A stretch of DNA of 64,000 nucleotides, taken from Nemertoderma westbladi (lineage: Eukaryota > Animalia > Xenacoelomorpha). Below the pieces are notes generated by a model, which saw only the letters and a program-made list of their open reading frames with translations, did no database searches and had not been told where the DNA came from. This document shows, one piece after another, positions 35,852-49,594 of the stretch. The stretch's first letter is position 1. Each line of letters starts with the position of its first letter. The stretch covers positions 62,001-126,000 of the forward strand of contig JAUCBJ010003676.1 of assembly GCA_032718475.1 (NCBI GenBank), given 5' to 3'. The translations under genes were made by a program, and so were the position numbers.

Positions 35852-37746
35852 GCTGGGCCAATCATAGGACACAAAGCACTTTATTGCTCAAATGTGAAGC
35901 TGTGGAAAATTCTGTTTGGTTTCCATGTGCGATATTTAGTATAAAAGGCCGGTTTGCCTTCGGTTATCATTCCTAAAAACACCCCCTTATACCTTACTTC
36001 GGTTATCACACACACACTCTCTTATTCTTGTAAAATTAGTTTATTTGGTTTCTTGTTGAAACTTTATTTGATAAATCCTTTGTAAAACTGTAAATATACT
36101 GCAAATTCCTGAACATGTTTTCTTTTGGTCCAACTTTGGGACAGCCAAACATCGGGAAGATGGCAGCCTAGACCGTTAGGCCGTAAGCAACGCAGGGAAA
36201 AGATGTCCACAACACGCTAGCGCCCACATTGGATTGACCGCGCACCCCCTTTGCCCTTCGAAATACTCCACTTGCCATGCAGCGCCCGCTTTGTGAGAAA
36301 GGTAAGACTTTGTTCGACGCCCTTGCCCGCCGTAAGACCTATAGATCAGGGTAAGCGTGACGCCGTCCTGGACGCCGCAAATTTAGGATCAAATAATTAT
36401 ATTCAGACAGAAACACCCCCCCCCCCCCCCCCCTTTGTCAGTCCTACGAACCCCTGGGTTAACCTGTACTTCCTACAGGTGCGAACTATTGCCATTCGTC
36501 AGTACGCGAGTACATAGGTACGGACAGCATATGTTCCATAATTTAGTGATTCGTAGTATTGACTGTTTGGTACCGGTTCGCTTTGTAGAACGTACATTAG
36601 TACCCCCCCCCCCCCCCCCCCCCCCTTGTCTGGAGTTAGCTATTTGATCAGGCAAGGAGTATTTCTGCTACAGGCACACTGCTTGGCCTAGGGAGGTTTT
36701 ATTAATATCCTACCGCGCCTTGCCACGTACTGATAGGTATTGCTGCTAACTACCGCGGCAACAAAGTTCTAGAATTAAATTATTATACCAGATCAGCTAA
36801 CGTACGGTAGCGATTAACCCCTATTTCTTATCTTACAACCAGAATCTGGTATTAGTACCGATCACGGGTGTAGTTACTAACACCGTGGTTGCCCATTGGG
36901 TTGTGGATAGGAAGGAGAGAGCTTTGACGTCATTTTGTGAGTATAAAGTTCTACAAAACGCGACTAGTTTATTTAATAGCTAGCGCACGGTATCATTTCG
37001 GTCAGAAAATCACTAAAACCTAGTAAAGGAAATACACGAAATTGTTTTATTTGTAACACACCCACACACACACGCCCTAAAACATATTGCCCTTAGAGTT
37101 CTACTAGCTATAGCGTACTATACATTACTTTAGGCAGAAATTATCTGTATTTGTAAAATTAGGATCTGATTTAATTGCGGCAAGAGAGAGCATTTCACTT
37201 TCGTTATTAAACTGTTGTTTTCTGTCCAGCAGTATTGTTACATTTAGGCTTGACCCTTTAGACTGATTTCGTACAGGGGGATCAGTTATCGTTACATTTA
37301 GGCACGACTTTTAGGCTGATTTAGACAGGGGTAATCAGCATTGTTACACTAGGTCTGTTAACCACCTAGCTCGTATATAAACCATATAAATCACACCGCG
37401 GCAAGTTACTGTATTTAGGACTGTCAGTGATAGTTAGGATTCGCTGCGCGGGGATTGTTTTCCCGTGAGTTTGGTCTGTTACTGTAACTGTACATCTGCC
37501 TCACCGGTTAGAGGACAGGTATCCTTTTGTCTAGTACGTAGGCATTAGACCCGCTCACGTACATAGAATAGATACTAGGCTCTGTTCCTCGCCAGTAGTC
37601 GTTTGTGTATTGTATCTGTTTGTTTAGATATCCTGGACTGGGATTTGTTGTCAGATACTGTACGAGCCCGTATACATTACTAGAGTCTCATAGTAAGATA
37701 CATCGTTACTAGGATCTGGTAAGCGGTATACTACTGGACCCTTACA
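35852..37746 (+). repeat. BEL-1 3' LTR, right part (reconstituted LTR ~2.3 kb)
   Basis: Continues the U3 tandem unit; TATAAAA at 35940; ends in CA where the Sola transposase frame begins. No second LTR copy to confirm the end. Confidence 0.65.
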
Positions 37747-39440
37747 CCATGAAATGTCTGAAACTACAAATGGATTTCGAATTTTGACAGCTGCAATGTG
37801 GCTTCGATATTCCTCGGGGGTGTAAACTCTTTCAATCTTTGAAAGGTATTGTTCTATGATGCCAAAATCACGATCCGAATCTAAATAACTGTGGCCTACT
37901 TCCGGGAATTTATGATCTATAATCTTAAGCTTACCTATACCAATGATGTACTGCCAAAGGCAAAGGATGAACCAATTCTTATTCTGGCCACCACAGGAAT
38001 CTGACCAAGCTATAAGATGTTCCCCTTTTATCGCTTCACTTTCAATGAAGGCCAGTAATGATGACATAATTTCCTCGCTTCCACGACCAGACTGATTTTC
38101 CGTCCAAGTTTGCATGTACCCATTTGAATGTCCTGGACGTGTCACGTGTATCCCTAAGTTATAAAACCACAACTGTCGAAGATAGAATGCAACTGAAGTA
38201 GGAATCTTTGGGAGTGGTAAGGTTTTCTGTAAATCAAACGTTATAAAGGTCATATTTGTGTTTGTCTCAGTATTCTTACGATCTTCTTTTAGTGACTCAA
38301 TAGCAAATTTATAATTTTCTTTATGTTCATCTGTACATTCATTTCGATCACACTGAGCGCAAACATCTGAGCGAGGGCAACCAAACCCTAAGTTAAACTC
38401 TTCTGTAAATACACGGTGAAAATAATCCGCCGAAATAATGTCTCTATATTCGAGATTCTCTTCTAAATACTCAATACTAAATACATCGTTGGCACTGTCA
38501 ACACTGGTGATAGGTATTCCCTATTTTTATTCTTAGTTCTCGAATAGTGAGACTTTTCTGTTGGATATTTATTAATATGTTTTACAACGCTAGTGCGACC
38601 GTCATCAGAAACCTTGTTGGGTCGATTATTATGCGTTCCACTTTGCCTTGGCGATGGTCCAGTATCGCCTTGGTAAACAGAACTACGAACTCTGTCTATT
38701 ACTGTGTTTGATACCTGAAGGATATTTCGTAGAGCAACTTTACACACATTAACATCAGTGCCACTGACTTTCAGTGAATACTTGTATGATGCAGTGTGGT
38801 GCTTACTAGCACCCTTTCGCTTCCGCCTACATTCCAACTTATGGATACAACTAGAAATAAATATATCTTTCCCTTTATTATCCACTGAATAGAAATAATC
38901 GAAAATGATCTTTCGTTGATCCTTTGAAATACGGCCACTGCAATTTTGCTGGCAATTAGGCTTGCAAATAATTTCACCATCATGGACCGTCTTTGCAGAA
39001 ATTTCTTTACCTCTTGAACTTATATAAGATTCGCCTTTACTACGATTAATTTTCCTCTGATTTTTTTTCCAGAGCTTAGGGTTTCTTTTTCGCTTCCTTG
39101 AGGATTTCCCATCATTTTCATATTCTTTGCCTGAAGATAAAGTATGTGGATCATCATTAGTGCTGATGTTAGCTACTGCTATTTCATCAGGCTCCTCTTC
39201 TCCGAGGTTGGAGTAAGATTCGTCAGTTTCGTTCGGATCATATTCAGATTCAGAAGTAACTGCTTCAGAAGATGATTCTGCGTTGGCAGGAACATTTCCT
39301 GTTATGTGGCCTATTTCTGATGGATTGGATATGGATACAGAGTCAGATATTTCTTGAAAGCTAACAGTATTTCTAATCCATTGTTTGTAGACTAAGTCAC
39401 TAAGTACCTTCCTAGTAAGTAAGTATTCAATAATAGCCAT
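37747..39440 (-). pseudogene. Sola1-like DDD transposase, frameshifted near 38470 and truncated at the LTR junction
   Basis: SHYSR, FNLGFGCPRSDVCAQCD, TFDLQKTLPLP, FYLRQLWFYNLGIH, WTENQSGRGSEEI, WSDSCGGQNKN, GHSYLDSDRDFG. Confidence 0.85.
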
Positions 39441-39914
39441 ATATTCATATACCTAATAGTACATAAATTATTGTTTTTCACGAAACGAGTATACTTATAG
39501 TAATTGGTTTAAAAATACCGGTAGGCCTACTGCAAAAATACTATAGGATATTGCAGGATTGTTGAGCCGACCTCAGGAAAGTAATAATGAAGGATATACA
39601 ATAAAATAATTTCAAATTGTATTGAGACATATCATACACTTAAGGCTGCATAAGGTTATGTGTAATTTTTTTTCATTTTACAAGACCATAAAGAGTTATG
39701 TTACATAGAATGGAACATAACACTTTGTTGCCCCGACGATTTCTGAAAATGGTAACATAACACAATGTGGAATTGCGTTTCACCTATTTCCTGTGCTCTG
39801 ATTGGTCTGAAATTTTCACCAATGAAAGCTAAGCATCCGATTTACTAGAAAATGTAAAAACCTCAATTTTGACAATATGTAACATAACACGTTGTTGCCC
39901 CGAGGGCTTCATCT

Positions 39915-40365
39915 TTAATCATACTATTACGTAGCTATTCATACATATAAAAAATGTTCTAGAATATGGTTTATTTATTAATAGAATAAAAGAGCCTCGC
40001 GCCGGTGCAAAAAAACCATGCAACATTTGAACGCTCATATCTCAGCTATTTTTCAAAGAAATTCAAATTGTGTGGCCATGCTCTTGCTCTTGCATGACCA
40101 GCTTTCCATTGGTACCAACAAAGAGCTATAAGGTAGAATAATAACTGCGGTGTAACTGGTGTAATATTGCTGGAGACACTTTTTTTTAAACGCTTGTAGC
40201 TAAACATTGAAAGCTAAAATAAAAATTCTGGCTCACCCAGTCAGTGGTCGGGAGGTCAAACTATCTATGTATCAAATTACATGCAATCTCATTAAGATTT
40301 GTAGAAAAATGAGGGGGGGGGGGGGTGTGTCACTGAATTACGACACTATATTCTGGGACATGGTG
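39915..40365. mobile_element. MITE copy 2, right arm, followed by TA
   Basis: Ends ...CTATATTCTGGGACATGGTG|TA, the reverse complement of the starts at 1586 and 3082. Confidence 0.8.
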
Positions 40366-40429
40366 TATACAGGTGACATATTTTTATTTATTTATTTATT
40401 TATTCCAGACAATATATATATATATCAAT

Positions 40430-41500
40430 ATAATTATTAATTACACACACGTCATCCATATTCTACACTAGGGCCTAAAATATTAATTACTAAAAGGAAT
40501 GCACAAAAATGGTATTATTAACAAATTATCAGTATAACATTGAGGAATCTAACATCGATCTCATTCTTGAACAGTGCTGTGTTCCCACGGCAACTGTTGA
40601 TACTAGATTATTAGTGGTAGCATCAATCCTATTAAATAAATTGACTATGGATTTATGACGCACATGGATGAAACACGGCAAGCTGTGCACGCCAAAAAAC
40701 AGCGACATACTACCGCGTACTGGTAATGAAAATAGCAATCGAGCAGCACTGTTGTAAGCAACTTTGATACGATTATGAACAGAGTTAAAACAATTATCAA
40801 TCAGCCGTTGTAGGCCAATAGCAGAGTTGTATATTAGGCAAATATCACGATAAAAAAGTATTGAGCCGAATGCTATTGCTGTACACAAAATGCTCAGCAG
40901 CAATACCATCTGGTCCAACCGCCTTTCCTAATTTTAAATTTGAGATTGCACAGCTAATCTCAGATGGGCTGATAATAATATCACTACAATATAATAAATC
41001 TTCTAATGAGTTATCTACAAACGACCTGTTGGTTTTACTTTCGTCTAAATTAGCATCACAACAATTTAAAAGATTACAATATTCCTGCTTAAACATATTA
41101 CCAATCAACTTCTCACCAACTGCACCACTATCTACATTTGGTAACGGCACCGCACTACTATTTTCTTTTTTAACCGAATTCCAAAAAGTGGAATAATCTT
41201 TCTTAATTTCGGCCTCTGCAATTTTATTGCACCGAATTACTTTTTCATTTCTTTTACATTGACGCAAACAGCGTTTAAAATCGGCCTTTGAAACTAAATA
41301 GCGCCTGTGCAGCTCCCCATGTCGGGGTGATCCTGCACCACGCCACATTTTAAAAATACTTCGACATAATTTTTCTTTTACAATATCGTTCCATCCTGGA
41401 ACATTGTGCTAATTAAAACTGTCGCCAGTGAGTTTAACCGGAATAGTTTTAGCGGCACAATCCAACACAACTTCGGAAATTGAGTCCCAAAAGTTAGACA
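40430..41500 (-). mobile_element. Decayed, internally deleted LINE ORF2 fragment; boundaries approximate
   Basis: KLGKAVGPDGIAAEHF pre-RT motif joined to a C-terminal segment (KVAYNSAARLLF). Confidence 0.65.
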
Positions 41501-42679
41501 TATCTTGATGGTGAAAAACCACATTAATAAACATAGATATACAACTTCTCTAATGCTTTTAAGGTTGCCTGTTGTGTATTGTGTAAGATACCTAAGATTT
41601 GTATCTCTAGAATCAGTTGATATGACTCTTCAGTTTTCTGTTCTAAGAGAAGAAGGATTCCTATTCAACTCAAATCACACCACATTTGGAATTGCAGGGA
41701 GATATTAGCAGGTCAAATTAATATACAAACATTCAACAAAATATTCAAAATTTCTCAATATTTGACTTTCTTGTTGTGCATTGTGAAGATGACATAGTTA
41801 GGGGTAGTAATTGACACATAAATTTCGTGATGGCCCAAGATACCTTTTGGATACTACTTCGTTTCTAAAATCAAAAATATTCTTACAATTTTATTTTCCT
41901 AAAAATTGTTCGATTTTAGTAAATTCTACAATGTTTGGCCTCAGTGTGCATCGGGAAGACCAACATATGATGCGCTTATTTTTTGCATGTTATTTTATGT
42001 TGCCCTTCCACAACTTTTACATACTACTACTACTTCATCTCCAAAATCCAAAATTCGCATTTTTTCATCCACCCTAGTCTCATAAGGGGAATCTCAACAG
42101 GTGATGCCATCCGCCACCTTTTACAATGTCTCATTGTCTCCATGTGGAATTCTGGCATATGGCTACGCCCAATACACCACTGTACAGTGTACATACCTAT
42201 GTGGATGGTGTCCTCTAAGGAATATCTTAGCGTAAGTTTAATAAATGTTATGTTCCTTTCATTATAATACTGTCAAATTTTAAATTATAACCCTATTAAT
42301 ATCGGGCTATAATATGTTGTATAAATAGAGCGAGGTATTTGTACATAGGGTGGGTCGATTTATACTTTTTTGGATATCTAGATTTTCTCATTGATAAAAA
42401 GTGGCCTTGGGTCCTAACACTAGGTATACACGTGATTTTACTTCCTAAAAATCATGTTTGACCCCTGCATCAAATTTTATTAAAACCCATATATTTTAAA
42501 TTAATTCTCCTGAAATACGAAGTAGGTAATTTAATTTTCTCACTAATTTAATGATAAAGACAAAAGCATAATTGGAAATTATTGATGATTTTTATCATTT
42601 ATATTAACCATTACCCGTGCACATAATTATTAAATTTGGTCAATTTACCACATTTTTTGCTTTTTGCCAGTATTTAGAC

Positions 42680-43240
42680 AAACCGTGCCAGTGAAGTAGA
42701 TGGTATCCCCCTGAAGTCTTTAAAATACCAGAAGTTTGGAACTCATATACCCCATCTTAGTAGACATTGCTAGACAGAATGAGACGAGAGTCCTACAAGA
42801 AATAAAACTTTGATCTATTCAGGGAATCGCATTGATCTTGATTGCCGCAAATACAATATAATTATATTAAATCGCACTAGGGATCCTCTATCGAGAGACT
42901 GCTACGTGGAAATCAGAATGGGTTCCTTAAAGGTCGTGGCCATGTTGGCACTTAGAAGGATAATTGAAGAGTTATCAAAAAAGAAAGACAGACAGACATC
43001 TGGCTGTATTTTTGTTGACTTCTTCAAGGGCTTTGATTCAGTCTCTCGCTCACGCATGTTCAGCATACTTCCATTATATGGGATCCCTGATGAAATTATT
43101 GCAGCAATGAGATCAGTCTCGATGGTTCGACGACATTTGTGTCTACTGTTGATGGTGACGCAGAACCATTTGAAGTGTATGTGGAATCCTCCAGGGAGAC
43201 ACACTTATTCACCATTCTTATTATTCGTACAACCCCTCTC
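42680..43240 (+). mobile_element. Decayed RTE-like LINE RT fragment; boundaries approximate
   Basis: RASEVDGIP, IFVDFFKGFDSVSR, LYGIPDEII; similar to 49980-50730. Confidence 0.7.
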
Positions 43241-44149
43241 CTCTCTAGAATCTAAAAATTTTAACGAAAACTATTAATTTTGGCACTTCAACCCGGGGGT
43301 GCTAAGACTGCTGCCTAGGCTGAGTTCTCAGCCAGCGTAGGCTGAGAGGACTGGGGAGTCATTTCAAGAAAGGAGTCCTTGTACATCATCCTTGTACATC
43401 ATCCTTGTACACTAGAGCCAACAAGATGATCTAAAGGAGGATGGTAATTTCAGTCTTCATAAGGCTGATAGCTAAAGCGGTGATATATTGGTTTCTGGGT
43501 TAGCGAAGTGCAATCGCATATAGGGATAATCCCATAACAATAGCTCAGTTATGAAATGAGGGATTGGGTTGGATTTGAGGGTCGATGGCTTGGTGATTAA
43601 AATCTTTAATTTAGCATGATTTAGCCCCCTCCCTTGTGTTCCATTCACACTCCATTATACCCCCCACACCCTGGGCTTTCAGCAGATCTGATGGTAAACC
43701 ACACCACACAGAGAGCCCTCATCGATGATGCACCAAACATTGTTCAGTAACCCAGAGACTTCTTCCCGAATTAGCTCAGAAACAAGGTAGTCCACCTTGT
43801 TTCTTCACCCTGTTTTTTAATGAAATAATAGGTCTGTTCCTTAATAGTTGAAAGTTACTGATTACTAATATATAACAATTATTTCTAAATAAATTTATAT
43901 TTCTGATAAATTATATCCAGTTAAATATTGAAGTATATATGTTACTCCTACACAATTATAATCAAGTCAAAATTGGCAATGAATTTAAGTTACTGTTAAA
44001 TAATAACCAGTCATGAGTAGATTGATACACGATTTCGAAAAACATGGTACTTACAGGTATTTAATTTTCTGTTAATTCTTGATAAATTCAAGTTTCTTAT
44101 AAATAAATATAACATACTGATAAATAATTATTGAAGTATATAAATTATA

Positions 44150-44212
44150 CATTTGTAATATCAATGTATTTCTCGATAAAATTTATCGAGAAATACATTG
44201 ATATTACAAATG
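44150..44212. repeat. Perfect 63-bp palindrome (31-bp arms, 1-nt centre)
   Basis: CATTTGTAATATCAATGTATTTCTCGATAAA-A-TTTATCGAGAAATACATTGATATTACAAATG. Confidence 0.95.
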
Positions 44213-44295
44213 AATAATGTTTAAAAGATAGAAATAAGCGCTATATAATACATAATAGGCCTAATGAGAAATAAAAAGTCCAAATTCAGAGTAGA

Positions 44296-45628
44296 TCGGA
44301 ATTCTTGATTGGGTGTCTTTATATCCCAGGGGTCTTTATATCCCAGGGGTCTTTATATCCCATCTTAAAAAAAGCCTTAAAAATGGGTCTTTATATCCCA
44401 AGGGTCTTTATATCCCAGGGGTCTTTATATCCCATTTCTACACTAAAAGCGAGTCTTTATATCCCAGGGGTCTTTATATCCCAAGGGGCTTTATATCCCA
44501 AGGGGCTTTATATCCCAGGGGGCGTTATATCCAGTAGGTCCTTTTTGTAATGGTCCCGCAACTTTTCAATAAATATACTTCTGAGGAAATATAACAATAA
44601 CTAGTATAATAATTAAGGATAAAAATTAATTATTAAAATATTTACAATTGAAGGTAAACCCTGTCACCAACACCTAATCCACCGCCTCTTCCATTATCAC
44701 CTAGACCACCGCCACCAACACCTAGTCCACCATCTCCTCCACCAACACCTAGTCCACCCACGCCGCCACCAACACCTAGTCCACCCTCTCCTCCACCAAC
44801 ACCTAGTCCACCCTCTCCTCCACCAACACCTAGTCCACCCACACCGCCACCAACACCTAGTCCACCCTCTCCTCCACCAACACCTAGTCCACCCACACCG
44901 CCACCAACACCTAGTCCACCCTCTCCTCCACCAACACCTAGTCAACCCACACCGCCACCAACACCTAGTCCACCCTCTCCTCCACCAACACCTAGTCCAC
45001 CCACACCGCCACCAACACCTAGTTCACCCACACCGCCACCAACACCTAGTCCACCCTCTCCTCCACCAACACCTAGTCCACCCACACCGCCACCAACACC
45101 TAGTCCACCCTCTCCTCCACCAACACCTAGTCCACCCACACCGCCACCAACACCTAGTCCACCCTCTCCTCCACCAACACCTAGTCCACCCACACCGCCA
45201 CCAACACCTAGTCCACCCTCTCCTCCACCAACACCTAGTCCACCCACACCGCCACCAACACCTAGTCCACCCTCTCCTCCACCAACACCTAGTCCACCCA
45301 CACCGCCACCAACACCTAGTCCACCCTCTCCTCCACCAACACCTAGTCCACCCACACCGCCACCAACACCTAGTTCCCACCAATTTCCACCTATTTCCCA
45401 CCAAAGAATTTATTCTCCCAGAATAACTGGTGGGATATAAAGCCCCCTGGGATATAAAGACCCTTGGGATATAAAGACCCCTGGGATATAAAGACCCGAT
45501 TTTAGTTTAGAAGTGGGATATAACGACCCCTGGGATATAAAGACCCATTTTTTTAGGGTGGGATATAAAGACCCTTGGGATATAAAGACCCCTGGGATAT
45601 AAAGACCTGAGACCGAATTCTTTACCCG
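44296..45628. mobile_element. Non-autonomous foldback-type element with inverted arrays of a 16-bp subterminal motif; termini approximate
   Basis: TCTTTATATCCCAGGG-type array at ~44315-44535, inverted GGGATATAAAGACCC array at ~45430-45606. Confidence 0.65.
44663..45378. repeat. 27-bp minisatellite with alternating variants (~26 units)
   Basis: CCACCAACACCTAGTCCACCC followed by ACACCG or TCTCCT. Confidence 0.9.
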
Positions 45629-46194
45629 TAGAAGTAGTCGATACACGTACCTTAAAAATGTTTTGTACAAATCTGAAAAACGTTGATCTACTACGTAAAG
45701 GTTTTGCACGTTTTATCGATTTGATAAATAATATATTATTACAGTACATTGATTTATTATATATTACATTAATATACTTTGGTGCTTTTTTTCGTTGTAA
45801 TTTTAAAAGTGTTGATTTACAATAATTACATGTGGCAACAGTTTCATTTATGGTAAATACTGTCATAATCTATGTAAAAAAAACACCGCGGCCTCCATAA
45901 GTGCTATGCCTGGGCGATCTTCTCACATGCATAGACTCAAACATTTGTTATTTGTTTAATAATTATAATAATAATAAACATAAAAGGAAAATATGTCGAC
46001 CCAGTACTGCAGTACTGTAAAGTACCAGTAATATGAATTGAAAAATTGAATTGAATTGAACAGAAAATGTGCTAATATATTGTACCGGTATGTATCTCAT
46101 TTATTGAAACCCATTTCTGCATTTAGTTCAGGCAACAATAAACAGTGGATATGTTAATCAACATTTTAAAATTATAGCTAAATAGGCTAAAAGC

Positions 46195-48363
46195 GTAGCT
46201 AAATATATGTGAAAGATAAATAATAACCAGTCAAGTGTATCTAAATATATGTGAAAGATAAATAATAACCAGTCAAGTGTATCTAAATATATGTGAAAGA
46301 TAAATAATAACCAGTCAAGTCTAGCTAAATATATGTGAAAGATAAATAATAACCAGTCAAGTCTAGCTAAATATAAGTGAATGATAAATAATAACCAGTC
46401 AAGTGTAGCTAAATATATGTGAAACATAAATAATAACCAGTCAAGTGTAGCTAAATATATGTGAATGATAAATAATAACCAGTCAAGTGTAGCTAAATAT
46501 ATGTGAATGATAAATAATATCCAGTCAAGTGTAGCTAAATATATGTGAATGATAAATAATAACCAGTCAAGTGTAGCTAAATATATGTGAAACATAAATA
46601 ATAACCAGTCAAGTGTAGCTAAATATATGTGAAAGATAAATAATAACCAGTCAAGTGTAGCTAAATATATGTGAAAGATAAATAATAACCAGTCAAGTGT
46701 ATCTAAATATATGTGAAAGATAAATAATAACCAGTCAAGTGTATCTAAATATATGTGAAAGATAAATAATAACCAGTCAAGTCTAGCTAAATATATGTGA
46801 AAGATAAATAATAACCAGTCAAGTGTAGCTAAATATATGTGAATGATAAATAATAACCAGTCAAGTGTAGCTAAATATATGTGAAACATAAATAATAACC
46901 AGTCAAGTGTAGCTAAATATATGTGAATGATAAATAATAACCAGTCAAGTGTAGCTAAATATATGTGAATGATAAATAATATCCAGTCAAGTGTAGCTAA
47001 ATATATGTGAATGATAAATAATAACCAGTCAAGTGTAGCTAAATATATGTGAAACATAAATAATAACCAGTCAAGTGTAGCTAAATATATGTGAAAGATA
47101 AATAATAACCAGTCAAGTGTAGCTAAATATATGTGAAAGATAAATAATAGCCAGTCAAGTGTAGCTAAATATATGTGAAAGATAAATAATAGCCAGTCAA
47201 GTGTAGCTAAATATATGTGAAAGATAAATAATATCCAGTCAAGTGTAGCTAAATATATGTGAATGATAAATAATAACCAGTCAAGTGTAGCTAAATATAT
47301 GTGAAACATAAATAATAACCAGTCAAGTGTAGCTAAATATATGTGAAAGATAAATAATAACCAGTCAAGTGTAGCTAAATATATGTGAAACATAAATAAT
47401 AACCAGTCAAGTGTAGCTAAATATATGTGAAAGATAAATAATAACCAGTCAAGTGTAGCTAAATATATGTGAAAGATAAATAATAGCCAGTCAAGTGTAG
47501 CTAAATATATGTGAAAGATAAATAATAGCCAGTCAAGTGTAGCTAAATATATGTGAAAGATAAATAATAGCCAGTCAAGTGTAGCTAAATATATGTGAAA
47601 GATAAATAATAGCCAGTCAAGTGTAGCTAAATATATGTGAAAGATAAATAATAGCCAGTCAAGTGTAGCTAAATATATGTGAAAGATAAATAATAGGCAG
47701 TCAAGTGTAGCTAAATATATGTGAAAGATAAATAATAGCCAGTCAAGTGTAGCTAAATATATGTGAAAGATAAATAATAGCCAGTCAAGTGTAGCTAAAT
47801 ATATGTGAATGATAAATAATATCCAGTCAAGTGTAGCTAAATATATGTGAATGATAAATAATAACCAGTCAAGTGTAGCTAAATATATGTGAAACATAAA
47901 TAATAACCAGTCAAGTGTAGCTAAATATATGTGAAAGATAAATAATAACCAGTCAAGTGTAGCTAAATATATGTGAAAGATAAATAATAGCCAGTCAAGT
48001 GTAGCTAAATATATGTGAAAGATAAATAATAGCCAGTCAAGTGTAGCTAAATATATGTGAAAGATAAATAATAGCCAGTCAAGTGTAGCTAAATATATGT
48101 GAAAGATAAATAATAGCCAGTCAAGTGTAGCTAAATATATGTGAAAGATAAATAATAGCCAGTCAAGTGTAGCTAAATATATGTGAAAGATAAATAATAA
48201 CCAGTCAAGTGTAGCTAAATATATGTGAAAGATAAATAATAACCAGTCAAGTGTAGCTAAATATATGTGAAACATAAATAATAGCCAGTCAAGTGTAGCT
48301 AAATATATGTGAAACATAAATAATAGCCAGTCAAGTGTAGCTAAATATATGTGAAAGATAAAT
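46195..48363. repeat. 42-bp minisatellite (~51 units)
   Basis: Unit AAATATATGTGAAAGATAAATAATAACCAGTCAAGTGTAGCT. Confidence 0.95.
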
Positions 48364-48548
48364 ATATATGAGAACTATTGTTTTTTCTTATTGATAGTAA
48401 GAATGTGTTGGATGTGAATGAATTATTTTTTCTGTTGCATACTTTCTGATAAATAGTTATGTAGTCATAGTAGATTTGGTTGATTGTTTTCCCTATTATG
48501 TTAAGGGAAACAAATTTATGAGCAGTTGAATTGGGTTAATATCTGGCT

Positions 48549-49300
48549 TTATTTCCATATGAAGGAGACAAATAGTAAAGCGATGAGAATCATATACTTT
48601 GAAACATCAACTGCTACAGCTGTGGCTGTAGTGGTTGTTGGTACTGTTGTGGTTTCCATCAATGTTGTCGTCTCAGTAGTGGTCTTTGCAACTGTAACCG
48701 GGGTTGTAATGGTTTGAAGTGATATTCTTATGAGAGAATCACCAACATCTACCTCGAATCCCTCTTCTATGCCTCTTTCGAAAATGCCCTTCATGTCTTC
48801 AGAAACATAAATGGTTAAAGAAATCGTACCGTAAATATCATCTCCCTTACCGAAACAAACAAGTTTCCCAACGATGTAATTCATTTTTCCTACAACTGGT
48901 GCAAATCTCGTTGTCATCGCTACTATAATATCACTAATTGTGAAATCCGAACATGGAGAATAAGTGATGTTATACTCTGTCGCCACTTGATAGATAAATT
49001 TATCGATAGTATGACTTTCTTCATCCAATTGAATAATTCCACTTTTATAATAAACTTCGTACAGATCTGATATATCCTTGATTAACTCATCGGTAGTTGT
49101 TATATTCGGAGATATTCCTACAAACTCGATTTCAACAATAATAGAACCGCATGTGATATTCATACTTGCTACATTTGCTGTTTTCCTCACAACATATGAT
49201 ATATCATTCTTGAGTTTTTCAACTGCGGTTTTTTTACTTATGAAGTTGTAACATTCTTCTGTACTAGCTTCAATCACTATTTTCACATAAGCTGATATTT
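48549..49300 (-). CDS. Terminal exon of host cell-surface protein: SEA-like region, Thr-rich stalk, hydrophobic C-terminus (GPI signal or TM)
   Basis: Poly-T acceptor AG at 49301-49302; NITCGSIIVEIEF; TTTETTT stalk; YMILIALLFVSFIWK*; phase-compatible with the upstream EGF exon. Confidence 0.75.
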
Positions 49301-49594
49301 CTAAAAAAAAACACAATAATATTATAGAATACAAGGTTTCGGATGAACAGGTTGTCGAAAGTGAATCGAAAGTTTACAATCAAAGAGTCTGAAAATTTTT
49401 ATGCATATCGATTTTGTTTGCAAGTTTGTTTGTTTCCGTTGTTTTGTTTGAATGTCGCCACCGCCAGATGAAGCTGTACTTGTTAAATTGCAAATAAATA
49501 TTGCAAAAGAATGGAAGCCTTATGGTATGTTTTAAATATAGAGGACAATATGACACTTGTATTGAATTAGAATTATAATCTGATATTTGCTTAC

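Larger units (their letters stand above)
4320..37746 (+). mobile_element. BEL/Pao LTR retrotransposon BEL-1 (5' LTR missing; 3' LTR split by BEL-2); left boundary approximate
   Basis: Gag-PR-RT-RH-IN order with BEL motifs; PPT GGAGCGG then TG at 18899; LTR-like sequence ends ...CCCTTACA at 37746 abutting the Sola transposase. Confidence 0.85.
3537..39910 (-). mobile_element. Sola (Sola1-like) DNA transposon, interrupted by BEL-1/BEL-2
   Basis: TIR GAAGCCCTCGGGGCAACAAC at 3537 and its reverse complement at 39891-39910; 4-bp TSD ATCT at 3533-3536 and 39911-39914; transposase on the minus strand. Confidence 0.8.

Noticed and set aside
44642-45404. Gly-rich and Trp/Arg/Cys-rich ORFs
   Set aside because: Alternative frames of the 27-bp minisatellite; no gene structure.
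46158-48317. 719-aa hydrophobic ORF, or a CRISPR-like array
   Set aside because: Translation of a stop-free 42-bp tandem repeat; there are no unique spacers and no cas genes.
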